Translations under genes and position numbers: made by a program
Source: Bacillus subtilis subsp. subtilis str. 168
Lineage (GTDB): Bacteria; Bacillota; Bacilli; Bacillales; Bacillaceae
Direction of reading: 5' to 3'
Assembly: GCF_000009045.1 (NCBI RefSeq)
Contig: NC_000964.3
Span: forward strand, 3,286,001 to 3,350,000
Length of the DNA: 64,000 nt
The notes under the pieces: generated by a model
Told to the model about the DNA's origin: nothing
Seen by the model: only the letters and a program-made list of their open reading frames with translations
Databases searched by the model: none
Shown: piece after piece, positions 33,676 to 42,761 of the stretch
How positions within the stretch are numbered: position 1 is the first letter of the stretch
Layout of the letters: the number at the start of each line of letters is the position of its first letter

Positions 33676-34308
33676 ATGAAACGAACCGCTGTCAGCCTCT
33701 GCCTGCTGACCGGACTATTATCCGGGTGCGGAGGCGCAGGATTGGATAATGCCCAAAATGTCCGGAATCAGACGCAGAATCAAACCAAACCCATTCATGT
33801 GTCGGACCGCAACGAGGCTTTTAACAGGCATAATGAGAACGAACAATTTGGCTATGTCCGCTATCAAAAAGAACAATTTGACGGAGAACAGCAGAAAACG
33901 CCGGTGATGAACCGGGAAGAAACCGCTCACATGATATCAAGTTTAACGGTTCAGCTCCCCCATATTCAAGATGCTGCGACATTGGTGACTGACCGAGAAG
34001 CGCTTGTCGTATACAAAACCGATTCTAAAAACCGGGAGCTGACCGCCGATCAGGTGAAAAAAACAGCGGCTTCTGTGATACCGCGATACTATCACGTGTA
34101 TATTTCCGATAATCCAAACCATATGCAATCCGTCGAAAATTACAGCAATCTCGGCTCTGGTTCAAGGGATATTAGAGAGATCATGTCGGGGACGATTCAA
34201 GAAATGAAAACCTCCCCGCAAGGAAGCCCTGTCTCAGAGAATGAAAATGCCAATGGAGAAACGCGTCAGGACATGAAAATCGATAGGAATGACAAAAACG
34301 CCAGATGA
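33676..34308 (+). CDS. yutC: Sporulation lipoprotein, YhcN/YlaJ-like
   Basis: Lipobox LLSGC; GAGGAGG RBS. Confidence 0.82.
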   Translation: MKRTAVSLCLLTGLLSGCGGAGLDNAQNVRNQTQNQTKPIHVSDRNEAFNRHNENEQFGYVRYQKEQFDGEQQKTPVMNREETAHMISSLTVQLPHIQDAATLVTDREALVVYKTDSKNRELTADQVKKTAASVIPRYYHVYISDNPNHMQSVENYSNLGSGSRDIREIMSGTIQEMKTSPQGSPVSENENANGETRQDMKIDRNDKNAR

Positions 34309-34320
34309 TCTGGCGTTTTG
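34293..34320. terminator. Bidirectional terminator yutC/lipA
   Basis: AAAACGCCAGAT/ATCTGGCGTTTT hairpin spanning the yutC stop. Confidence 0.7.
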
Positions 34321-34323
34321 GCA

Positions 34324-35220
34324 TTATGCTTGTGCTTGACGCTTTTTAGATGCTTCGTTTACTTGTTCATCCGCATGGTAAGAGGAACGGACAAGCGGAC
34401 CGGCTTCACAATGGCTGAAGCCTTTTTGCATCGCGATTTCTTTTAATTCTGCAAATTCATCAGGATGGTAGTATTTTTGGACTTTCAAGTGTTTCTTCGT
34501 CGGCTGCAGATATTGGCCGATTGCCATAATATCCACGTTGTTCGCCAAGAGGTCGTCCATTACTTCAATAATCTCTTCTTTTGTTTCGCCGAGTCCGATC
34601 ATGATACTTGATTTTGTCGGAATGTCAGGCTGCATTTCCTTCGCACGGCGCAAAAATTCCAATGAACGGTCGTACGTCGCACGCGCGCGGACTCTTGGCG
34701 TCAGGCGGCGAACCGTTTCGATATTGTGATTCAGGATGTCTGGGCGTGTATCCATCAAGGTTTTTAGGTTATCGTAGTTTCCGCCCATATCAGACGGCAG
34801 CACCTCAATTGTTGTGAACGGGCTTTTTCTGCGGATCGCACGGACAGTTTCCGCGAAAATGCCTGCCCCGCCATCTTTCTGATCGTCACGCGCAACAGCC
34901 GTAATGACCGCGTGTTTCAAATTCATAAGCGCGACTGAATCCGCTACGCGTTCCGGCTCTTGCAGATCAAGCTCAGTTGGAAGGCCTGTTTTGACAGCAC
35001 AGAAACGGCATGCTCTTGTACAAACAGAACCTAAAATCATAAATGTCGCTGTACGTCTGACCGCCCAGCATTCATGAATATTCGGACACTTTGCTTCTTC
35101 GCATACGGTATGCAGGTTGTTTTCCCGCATGAGTTTTTTGAGCCCTGTATAGTTTTCATTTGTATTTAATTTAATTTTAAGCCATTCGGGCTTTCTGAGG
35201 TGTTCGTCTTTCTTTGCCAA
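34324..35220 (-). CDS. lipA: Lipoyl synthase (radical SAM)
   Basis: [12 protein letters not shown] auxiliary motif, [12 protein letters not shown]. Confidence 0.98.
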   Translation of the reverse strand: MAKKDEHLRKPEWLKIKLNTNENYTGLKKLMRENNLHTVCEEAKCPNIHECWAVRRTATFMILGSVCTRACRFCAVKTGLPTELDLQEPERVADSVALMNLKHAVITAVARDDQKDGGAGIFAETVRAIRRKSPFTTIEVLPSDMGGNYDNLKTLMDTRPDILNHNIETVRRLTPRVRARATYDRSLEFLRRAKEMQPDIPTKSSIMIGLGETKEEIIEVMDDLLANNVDIMAIGQYLQPTKKHLKVQKYYHPDEFAELKEIAMQKGFSHCEAGPLVRSSYHADEQVNEASKKRQAQA

Positions 35221-35454
35221 TTCCCATCATCTCCAATATCCAATATACTCAATTTCTGACACGAAACATTCTGAAAACGAGAAAGGTGCAGGTTTTAGTT
35301 CTGCAACAAAAATAATGTTTTTCTAACTAAAGAAAGTCTTTTCTTTAGACACTTTAACATAGGAAAAATTTCTCGACAAGGGAAGATGATTACTGACATT
35401 TTTAAGCCGGGTTGCCGCAAACTATGTGTATTCAATATGAAAGGAGATTATTTT

Positions 35455-36435
35455 GTGAAAGTTTTGTTATCCGCTCTTCTTCTCCTTTTGTTTGCATTTG
35501 AGCCTTCTGCGTCTGGAAAAAAACTTTCAGATCCAGTGCTGTCGAAACGGATGGAATTATATCATAAAATCGAAGCTGTGACGCAGATCCCTTGGTATGC
35601 GCTCGCCGCTGTTGATCAATACGAAGAAAACGTGCGGAGCAACCGGAAAGATCTGCCTGAAAAGGCGGGAATCATCAGCATCTATATACCCGATGATATC
35701 TGGAGCGGGCCTGAAAACCCGAATCCGAAAGACGATGCGCCGTTAAGCATTAAAGTGTTTGACGGAATCGGAATGGATGGCGATGGAGACGGGAAAGCCG
35801 AGGTCAGCAACGATGAAGATATCTTGTATACGTTCAGCCAATACTTACTGTCGTATGGCACAGATGAAGACAACATCCGGATCGGGCTTTGGAATTATTA
35901 CCGGCGTGATCAGACAGTGGGGATTATATCTGAATTCATGAAGCTGTTTAAAGCCTACGGCCATATTGATCTGGGCGAGCATGCATTCCCGCTTCCGATC
36001 AGAACCGATTACAGCTACCGAAGCACGTGGGGAGATGCCCGCGGCTTCGGTGGAAGGCGGATTCATGAAGGTACGGATATCTTTGCCCATTACGGCCTTC
36101 CTGTCAAATCCACATGTTACGGCGTAGTTGAAATGAAGGGCTGGAACCGCTTCGGAGGATGGAGAATCGGCATCAGGGACATTAACAATACGTATCATTA
36201 TTTTGCCCATCTCAATGGGTTTGCCAAAGGGATTAAAACAGGACAAATCGTTGAGCCTGGCCAAGTGATCGGATCAGTCGGCAGCTCCGGATACGGCCCG
36301 CCGGGAACCGCCGGGAAGTTCCCGCCGCATCTGCACTATGGCATGTACAAAGATAACGGAAGAACCGAATGGTCATTTGATCCATACCCGCATTTGAGGG
36401 CGTGGGAGCGATATGAATACCAAAAAAAGAAGTAA
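35455..36435 (+). CDS. lytH: M23 peptidoglycan endopeptidase LytH (326 aa, GTG start)
   Basis: AAAGGAG RBS, signal peptide, HEGTD and HLH Zn motifs. Confidence 0.9.
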   Translation: MKVLLSALLLLLFAFEPSASGKKLSDPVLSKRMELYHKIEAVTQIPWYALAAVDQYEENVRSNRKDLPEKAGIISIYIPDDIWSGPENPNPKDDAPLSIKVFDGIGMDGDGDGKAEVSNDEDILYTFSQYLLSYGTDEDNIRIGLWNYYRRDQTVGIISEFMKLFKAYGHIDLGEHAFPLPIRTDYSYRSTWGDARGFGGRRIHEGTDIFAHYGLPVKSTCYGVVEMKGWNRFGGWRIGIRDINNTYHYFAHLNGFAKGIKTGQIVEPGQVIGSVGSSGYGPPGTAGKFPPHLHYGMYKDNGRTEWSFDPYPHLRAWERYEYQKKK

Positions 36436-36436
36436 C

Positions 36437-36467
36437 AAAAAGCCGCCTCTTCAACAGGCGGCTTATT
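36437..36467. terminator. Bidirectional terminator lytH/yunB
   Basis: AAGCCGCCT/AGGCGGCTT hairpin. Confidence 0.7.
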
Positions 36468-37227
36468 TGCTGCTTTTTTCTTTTTTTGAATCGGCACCGT
36501 TTTCTTTGCTGCTCGGAAGCTGGACAGAAGGCGTGACACCCGAGCCGCCGCTTCCATTATAAAACTGCGGCACTTCGCCCTGCACTGCTTTAATCGATAC
36601 AGGAACATTATTTGTGACGACAGCGGTTTTGCTGGCAAATGGAATGATGACCTTCACTTTAATTTCGACAAAGATGCTGATATCAATAAGTGCGTTATTT
36701 ATGCCATACGGCTTGATTTTGGTTTTGACATCTGTAAAAGCGTCACCGATTAAATTGAACCGGACCGGGATTTTCGGCCCGAGGTTTCCAAGAAGGCTGT
36801 TGCCGGTTACCTGTCCCAGCGGAATGTTGATCATAATGTTTTCACTGGCGCCGCTGTGTCCGGTATGGGTTTCCATCTCTTTCAAATGAGCCTGAAGCTG
36901 CTTTGTCACTTTTGTTTTCACACTGTTTACAACCTGTGTATTAAAATCGATTGTCGTTAAGTTTCCGTTTTCATCAGAATTCATTTGAAACATATCTTTC
37001 ATATTTTCACTGTCAGACATATAGTCCTCAATCGAATCCTGGATCACCTCTGTCGCTATACGCTTCGTTTCCATCTCGCCGATGTCCATTAAAACAGGTT
37101 TGATCGAGCCATTGATCATCCAAAGGCTGACCGTTGTTGACAGGATAAAAAAGACAACGGACAGGAGCATCACGTAACGGAAAGGCAAAGGTCCTCTCTT
37201 GCGAAAAGGGCCGCGATATCTTGGCAA
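36463..37227 (-). CDS. yunB: Sporulation protein YunB
   Basis: N-terminal TM segment, IPLGQVTGN, YGINN, QGEVPQFY. A SigE-like -10 CATACATT lies at 37251-37258. Confidence 0.88.
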   Translation of the reverse strand: MPRYRGPFRKRGPLPFRYVMLLSVVFFILSTTVSLWMINGSIKPVLMDIGEMETKRIATEVIQDSIEDYMSDSENMKDMFQMNSDENGNLTTIDFNTQVVNSVKTKVTKQLQAHLKEMETHTGHSGASENIMINIPLGQVTGNSLLGNLGPKIPVRFNLIGDAFTDVKTKIKPYGINNALIDISIFVEIKVKVIIPFASKTAVVTNNVPVSIKAVQGEVPQFYNGSGGSGVTPSVQLPSSKENGADSKKEKSSK

Positions 37228-37299
37228 GAAAATCCCCCCTTACATATCACAATGTATGCTTGTAAGAGGGGACATAGTAATAGCCGGGGCCAATTTATT

Positions 37300-37605
37300 T
37301 TATTTCATCATTTTTAAAAGCGCTTCTCTGCCGCTCATGCCGACTTTGATGCCAAGATCTTCCGCAGCGTACGTGACGGATTCTAAAGGTGCGTCTAACA
37401 GCTGGTCAATGGTGCGGACACCAACTGCGCGTCCCGCCACGATGCCGCGCTCCTTTAATTTTTCATTCAGCAGCGCCACATCAAGCGCGCCGCACATAAT
37501 GTATCCGTGATCATTGGCGACGGCCATAAAATTCGTTTTGGGAAGCTTTACTGTCACAGCTGTAAAAGGCTGTCCTTCTATCATGATCGGTGTCAGGTTT
37601 ACCAC
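37300..37605 (-). CDS. yunC: YunC/DUF1805 protein (101 aa, GTG start)
   Basis: GYIMCGALDV and GIKVGMSGREAL. Confidence 0.8.
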   Translation of the reverse strand: MVNLTPIMIEGQPFTAVTVKLPKTNFMAVANDHGYIMCGALDVALLNEKLKERGIVAGRAVGVRTIDQLLDAPLESVTYAAEDLGIKVGMSGREALLKMMK

Positions 37606-37669
37606 GTCAACCACTCCCTTCATTCATCACTTTATGATGAAGGGCACAGCTTGTTGTGGGCTGACTGCC

Positions 37670-39058
37670 TTATTGTGCAAGCTTCCAAGCAAGCAGATCC
37701 CGCAAAAATTCCGGCATAAAATATTCTTTTTCTGCAGCGTCGCGAATCAACGGAAACAGTTTGCCGAGCGTAAACATATCAAGCACCGCAACGGAGTATT
37801 GTTTATGTTTTTCAATATCTTCCCCGTTCAGTGTGATCCGAGTGACGTGGGTGATCCCGTCATCGAGCCGTTTCGTTTCTACCTCAACGCCGGCATACAC
37901 CATTTTCCCCATCACTTCTCCGCGGAAGCCGAGTCCTTTGATCCGGAGCTGCTCCATTTGTTCGGAAGCGGCATGGACAATGGTTTCCTTCAGTTCTTCT
38001 CCCGTCAGGCGGACAGCCACCGGGTTGATCGGATGCGGACAGATGCGGTGCAGATCCAGCTTTGTCACAGGACCTGCTTTTAGCGGACCGAGAATGACAC
38101 CTGAATTGACCATACTGATGTCCGTCTCGCACCATTCCTTTAAGGCGTATGCCAAAAGCAAAGGCAGCTCTGATTCTTCAAACCACTTCACCTCAGCATC
38201 TTGTGCAAGCTCTGCAACGGCATCGGACAGTTTCTCCTCGGCTTCACGTTCTTTTTCATTGAGAAACGCTTTAGTTTCTGCGGATTCTCCTGTCCATTCC
38301 GCCATGTTCTGCACAGAAGCCGTTTTGCTGTTGATGCTTCGCTGTACGCTGTCCACCGTGATTTCTACACAGCCGACATAATGCCCGTATTTCTCGGCGC
38401 TGGCCAGCAGTACCCCATTAACCACTTGTCCATCTTCGAGCAAATGATGGGTATGTGATTCGAGGATTACATCAATCTCAGGCACCGCTTCAGCCACTGC
38501 TTGATCATCAAGAATGCCTAAATGTGACAGCAGAACGATAATATCAGCCTGCCCTTTCACTTCCAGAATGGTTTCCTTTATGCTTTCAAGGGCATCCGTA
38601 ACTGTCCATCCCAGCTTGTCATATACAGGATAATACGGCACAGTTACACCTAAGAAAGCAATGGACATACCGTTTTTCAATGATTTGATATGGTAAGGCA
38701 CCGCCCAGGACGGACGGTTTCCATTTTTATCAAACAGGTTAGAGACGATGACAGGAAATTCAGCATGATCATATAAGGCAGCAAGCTCTTCATGCGGAAG
38801 CGTAATCCCTTCGTTATTGCCGATCGCCGCTCCATCAATGTGAAGGCGGTTTAAGAGATCGACATTCGCTTTTCCGAATGTCGCCTCTGTCACGAATTGA
38901 AAACGATCAAGATGATCGCCAATATCAAAAACGAGCGTCTCTTCGCCGTCTGACTGATGCTCTTTTCTTTTCTGCTCGATATAATCTACAATTTTCGGCC
39001 AGTTTTCAAAATGGCTGTGCAAATCATTTGTATGATATAAGCGGAGCTTCTCCTTCAT
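37670..39058 (-). CDS. yunD: 5'-nucleotidase/SoxB-family metallophosphoesterase (462 aa)
   Basis: HTNDLHSH, DIGD, GNNE, SHLG, SHTH, and C-terminal NSG...L..GPVT. Confidence 0.85.
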   Translation of the reverse strand: MKEKLRLYHTNDLHSHFENWPKIVDYIEQKRKEHQSDGEETLVFDIGDHLDRFQFVTEATFGKANVDLLNRLHIDGAAIGNNEGITLPHEELAALYDHAEFPVIVSNLFDKNGNRPSWAVPYHIKSLKNGMSIAFLGVTVPYYPVYDKLGWTVTDALESIKETILEVKGQADIIVLLSHLGILDDQAVAEAVPEIDVILESHTHHLLEDGQVVNGVLLASAEKYGHYVGCVEITVDSVQRSINSKTASVQNMAEWTGESAETKAFLNEKEREAEEKLSDAVAELAQDAEVKWFEESELPLLLAYALKEWCETDISMVNSGVILGPLKAGPVTKLDLHRICPHPINPVAVRLTGEELKETIVHAASEQMEQLRIKGLGFRGEVMGKMVYAGVEVETKRLDDGITHVTRITLNGEDIEKHKQYSVAVLDMFTLGKLFPLIRDAAEKEYFMPEFLRDLLAWKLAQ

Positions 39059-39077
39059 AATATCTCTCCCTAATCGT

Positions 39078-39899
39078 TCAGCTGAAAATGCCTTCATAAA
39101 TGAGCTGGCAGCCGATCAAAATCAATACGATCCGCATGATCATAACGATCGTTTTCGTCTGCATTTTTCTGTTGATGGCGGCGCCAAGCTTTCCGCCGAA
39201 CCAAGCGCCGGGCACAAGCGCGAGGGCGTACAGCCAATTGACGTGCCCGGAAATCATATGTGAAACAGACCCTGTCATAGAAGACAGGAAAATAATAAAC
39301 ATGGACGTTGCCACCGCAACCTTCGGCGGAAACAGAAATAACAGCATCATCGCCGGAACCATCAGTGATCCGCCGCCTATACCGAAAAGTCCGCCTAAAA
39401 AACCGACAACAAAGGCAATGGCAATACCGACAGAGGCCTGATATGAGTACGTATAAGGCTCACCGGCATCATCCTGAAATGTCCGGATAATTCCTTTGTG
39501 CGCTTTGTTGATTGGCCGGGCTTTCGCTTTCAGCATTAAGGATAATGAAATCAGAATCATAAAAATGCCAAACCAAACGGAAAACGAGTTTGAATTGAAC
39601 AGCTTTGACACGTAAGCCCCGATCATGCTGCCGGGACCCGAACCGATAAAGAAAATGAGTCCGCTCTTATAATCAACTGTTTTATATTTAATATAAGCCA
39701 AAGTTGAAGAAAGGCCCGTAAAAATAATGACCAAAAGCGAAGTTCCAATCGCAACCTGCGGCGTCACATCCTGAAACAGCTGCGTCACTGTGCTTAAAAA
39801 CATCAGAGATGGCACAATGACAATTCCGCCGCCAAGCCCGATCAGACTTCCTACCGTACCTGCGATTAATCCCAGTACGACCAAAATCACAAACGACAT
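39078..39899 (-). CDS. yunE: TauE/SafE (TSUP) family exporter
   Basis: Two repeats of GLGGG/GIGGG and AIGTS/AVATS. Confidence 0.88.
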   Translation of the reverse strand: MSFVILVVLGLIAGTVGSLIGLGGGIVIVPSLMFLSTVTQLFQDVTPQVAIGTSLLVIIFTGLSSTLAYIKYKTVDYKSGLIFFIGSGPGSMIGAYVSKLFNSNSFSVWFGIFMILISLSLMLKAKARPINKAHKGIIRTFQDDAGEPYTYSYQASVGIAIAFVVGFLGGLFGIGGGSLMVPAMMLLFLFPPKVAVATSMFIIFLSSMTGSVSHMISGHVNWLYALALVPGAWFGGKLGAAINRKMQTKTIVMIMRIVLILIGCQLIYEGIFS

Positions 39900-39916
39900 C
39901 AATCAAAACCTCTTTT

Positions 39917-40765
39917 CTAAAATAAATCGAGCTGTCTCGGAGCAAGTCCGCTGTACTCGATATCAAGCAGTTCAAGCATCTGCTTGCCATTATCCGCAGC
40001 GTCACCGCCGGAATTGTTGTTGAACAGGACAAAAACATCCTTACATTGCTGCTGCAATTCATTCAGGTGCTTTTTCCAATCCTCCAGCTCCTGTTGGTTG
40101 TAGCGGTATAAGTACCTGACCTCCCGCCAGTTTTTCCCGCCATCAGGCTTCATCCAGCCCTGCTTGTTGCGTCCGTGAAACCTGACGAGCGTTTTGTTTT
40201 CATCGGTCGCGCGCAACACGGTCGGAACGCTGCCTTCTCCGATTTGCGGTTCATCACAGACACTGTGAATCCAGCCTTCCGCTTTCATAAATGAAAGCGT
40301 CTGCTCATAAAATGGCGGCGAGAACCAGGAACGGTTTCTGAATTCAAGCGCGCAAGGAATATCTCCCATTTGGTGCTTACACCATCTCAAATAGGCGACA
40401 TTCTCCTTCTTGCAGTCAAACCACGGCGGAAATTGAAACAGCACCATGGCGAGCTTATTGCTATGTAAATATGGCGTTAAAGACACCTTAAACGCATCAA
40501 ACATCTCCTCTTTTGAGTCAAAGGGAATTTCGCCGCGCTGATGCCCTGTCATGCCCTGATATGCTTTCACGATAAATTGGAAGGTTTCGGGCGTTTCCTT
40601 CACCCACTTTTCATTATTGCGCGCCGGCTGAATCGCGTAAAAGCTCGCGTCTAATTCCACGATCGGAAAATGGGAGGAATAGGCCTGCAATTTTTTCTGG
40701 CTGGCCGTTTTCGGCGGATAGATGCTGTCATGATCCCCCCATCCCGTCAGTCCGATATAAATCAC
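39917..40765 (-). CDS. yunF: DUF72-domain protein (282 aa, GTG start)
   Basis: IGLTGW, VELDASFY, LFQFPP, LEFRNRSW, RFHGRN, FNNNSGG. Confidence 0.85.
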   Translation of the reverse strand: MIYIGLTGWGDHDSIYPPKTASQKKLQAYSSHFPIVELDASFYAIQPARNNEKWVKETPETFQFIVKAYQGMTGHQRGEIPFDSKEEMFDAFKVSLTPYLHSNKLAMVLFQFPPWFDCKKENVAYLRWCKHQMGDIPCALEFRNRSWFSPPFYEQTLSFMKAEGWIHSVCDEPQIGEGSVPTVLRATDENKTLVRFHGRNKQGWMKPDGGKNWREVRYLYRYNQQELEDWKKHLNELQQQCKDVFVLFNNNSGGDAADNGKQMLELLDIEYSGLAPRQLDLF

Positions 40766-40802
40766 ACTCATTCACCTCTCTTCCAGTTTATCACACGTGT
40801 TT

Positions 40803-41150
40803 TCAGGTTTCCTCGGAAATGCTGTTCATATGGCGGGAAAATGCCTCACGCAAATGCTGATATTGTTCCTCATTCGTATCTAAAAACGCCTCTTCTCTTG
40901 AGGAAGGAATGTGCTGATATTCAATAGGCGCCTGAAACTGCTCACTCGTAAAATCGTACACCACACCATTGATGCTGTTATAAAAATGCCAGCTCTCATC
41001 GACTCTTGTTTTGAAAATCGTGCCGCCGAAATGGTCTTGAATCACCAATGCCGTCACGCCGCATTGGCCGCATGACGGGCATTCTTCCGTCCATTTAGAG
41101 CTCGAATGGCGCGACCAGGATTGCTTAAGTATGTATTTGACATGCTCCAT
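40803..41150 (-). CDS. yunG: YunG, small protein with a putative Cys-His-Asp triad (115 aa)
   Basis: GGAGG RBS; GQCGVTA, WHFYN, YDFT. Confidence 0.8.
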   Translation of the reverse strand: MEHVKYILKQSWSRHSSSKWTEECPSCGQCGVTALVIQDHFGGTIFKTRVDESWHFYNSINGVVYDFTSEQFQAPIEYQHIPSSREEAFLDTNEEQYQHLREAFSRHMNSISEET

Positions 41151-41217
41151 TGCCTCCGCCTCCTTTAAAAAAAGATACCACGTTGATGAGATTTTAAAAA
41201 CTAGAACGGAGGAAATC

Positions 41218-41248
41218 AAAAAACCCGGCGGTAAAATCCGCCGGGCTT
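41218..41248 (-). terminator. Terminator of pucH
   Basis: CCCGGCGG/CCGCCGGG stem with T-run on the minus strand. Confidence 0.75.
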
Positions 41249-42587
41249 ACGAAGGAACGACCAGAGCTCCGTCAATTTCAGTGACTTTTTCCCCATCATT
41301 GTACACGCACCGGCCTTTGCTGTAAGTGGCCGAAATGCTGCAGGGAAATGTATGTCCTTCGTAAATGCTTTTTTTATGCTTTGCAAACATCGATTCTCTT
41401 GTAACAGTGTACGGCTCCATGCTGACGAGCACGAAATCTGCATCACACCCCGCCTCAAGCCGCCCTTTTTTCTGAAGGCCGAATCGTTTTGCAGGGGCCG
41501 CCGCTGTCCATTCTGCGATGGTTTCAAATGGAATCTGATGCTCAAGCGCCAGTTCCAGCATTCCTAATAAAGTGAACTGCCCGCCGCTGATTCCGCCCCA
41601 TGATAAAAACATGTTATCCTCCCGCTTCAAGGATGGACGGCAAGGGGAATGGTCTGAGGAAACCATGTCAATGTCCCCGGCAATGAGCGTCTCGATCAGC
41701 GTCTCTTTTGATTGCCGTGACCGGAGCGGAGGCGCGCATTTTGCGACAGAGCCCCTTTGCCGTAAATCGTCATGGCTGAACAAGACATAATGCGGACATG
41801 TTTCAACCGAAACATCAAGACCTTCCTGTTTCGCCTCTCTGATCAGCCGGACCGCTTTCGCCGTGCTGATATGGACAAAATGAACCGGACAGCCTGTCAC
41901 CTTCGCATACTGAATCGTGCGATACACCGCTTCAACTTCTGCTTCCTCCGGGCGGGAGGCGGCGTACGCATCCGCATCCACCTTTCCTTTATTGGCCAAA
42001 ACCATCTGCAAGTAGCTTGTGATCGCGTCGCTTTCCGCGTGGAGAGCGAGGATTTTTCCTGCAGCCGCGATTTCTGCCATGCCTTTGAGCAATGTCCGTT
42101 CATCAACAGAGCGGAACTCATCAGTGCCTGACTTTGATAAAAACGCTTTAAACCCGATCGCTCCCGCTTCAGCCATCGGACGGATGTCCTCGATATGGCC
42201 TGGCACAAGGCCGCCCCATAGCGCAAAATCCACGGCAGATTTTTGCCTGCCTAGCTCAGCTTTTGCGAGAAGATGCTCTGCCGTCACGGTTGATGGAATA
42301 CAGTTGAGCGGCATATCAAAATAGGTAGTGCAACCGCCTGCGGCCATCATTTGAGAACCTGTTTCAAACCCCTCCCAATCCTCCCTGCCCGGTTCATTAA
42401 AATGAACATGGCAATCTATCACACCAGGAAACACGTATTTCCCGTCTGCCTGGATGATTTCCGTCCCGCTTGCTTCAATGTCAGAACCTATCTCGGCAAT
42501 GACACCGTTTTGAACTACAATATCAGCTTCTATAACGCCATCTGGCGTAACTGCCTTCGCACCTTTTATCACCATATCGTAAGCCAT
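41247..42587 (-). CDS. pucH: Allantoinase
   Basis: [29 protein letters not shown]. Confidence 0.95.
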
Positions 42588-42621
42588 ATTGATCCCCCCA
42601 TGTCAGGATGACGATTTTCCA

Positions 42622-42638
42622 TGTCAGTTTATGTAACA
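42622..42638. promoter_or_regulatory. TnrA/GlnR box between pucH and pucR
   Basis: TGTCA-GTTTATG-TAACA, exact TGTNA-N7-TNACA. Confidence 0.8.
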
Positions 42639-42726
42639 CAACCAGTTCTATTTTCAACAGTTTACTGCTACTATGATCGTATTACATCAGCAAAACCGCT
42701 AGAATTCCTATTGAAAATTATTCACC

Positions 42727-42739
42727 TTAACCAATGTTT
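42727..42739 (-). promoter_or_regulatory. PucR box
   Basis: Minus strand AAACATTGGTTAA, matching WWWCNTTGGTTAA. Confidence 0.8.
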
Positions 42740-42761
42740 TTATAGAAAAGGAGAATGCGCT

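Noticed and set aside
37514-38381. 189-aa and 206-aa plus-strand ORFs
   Set aside because: Antisense shadows of yunD and yunC.
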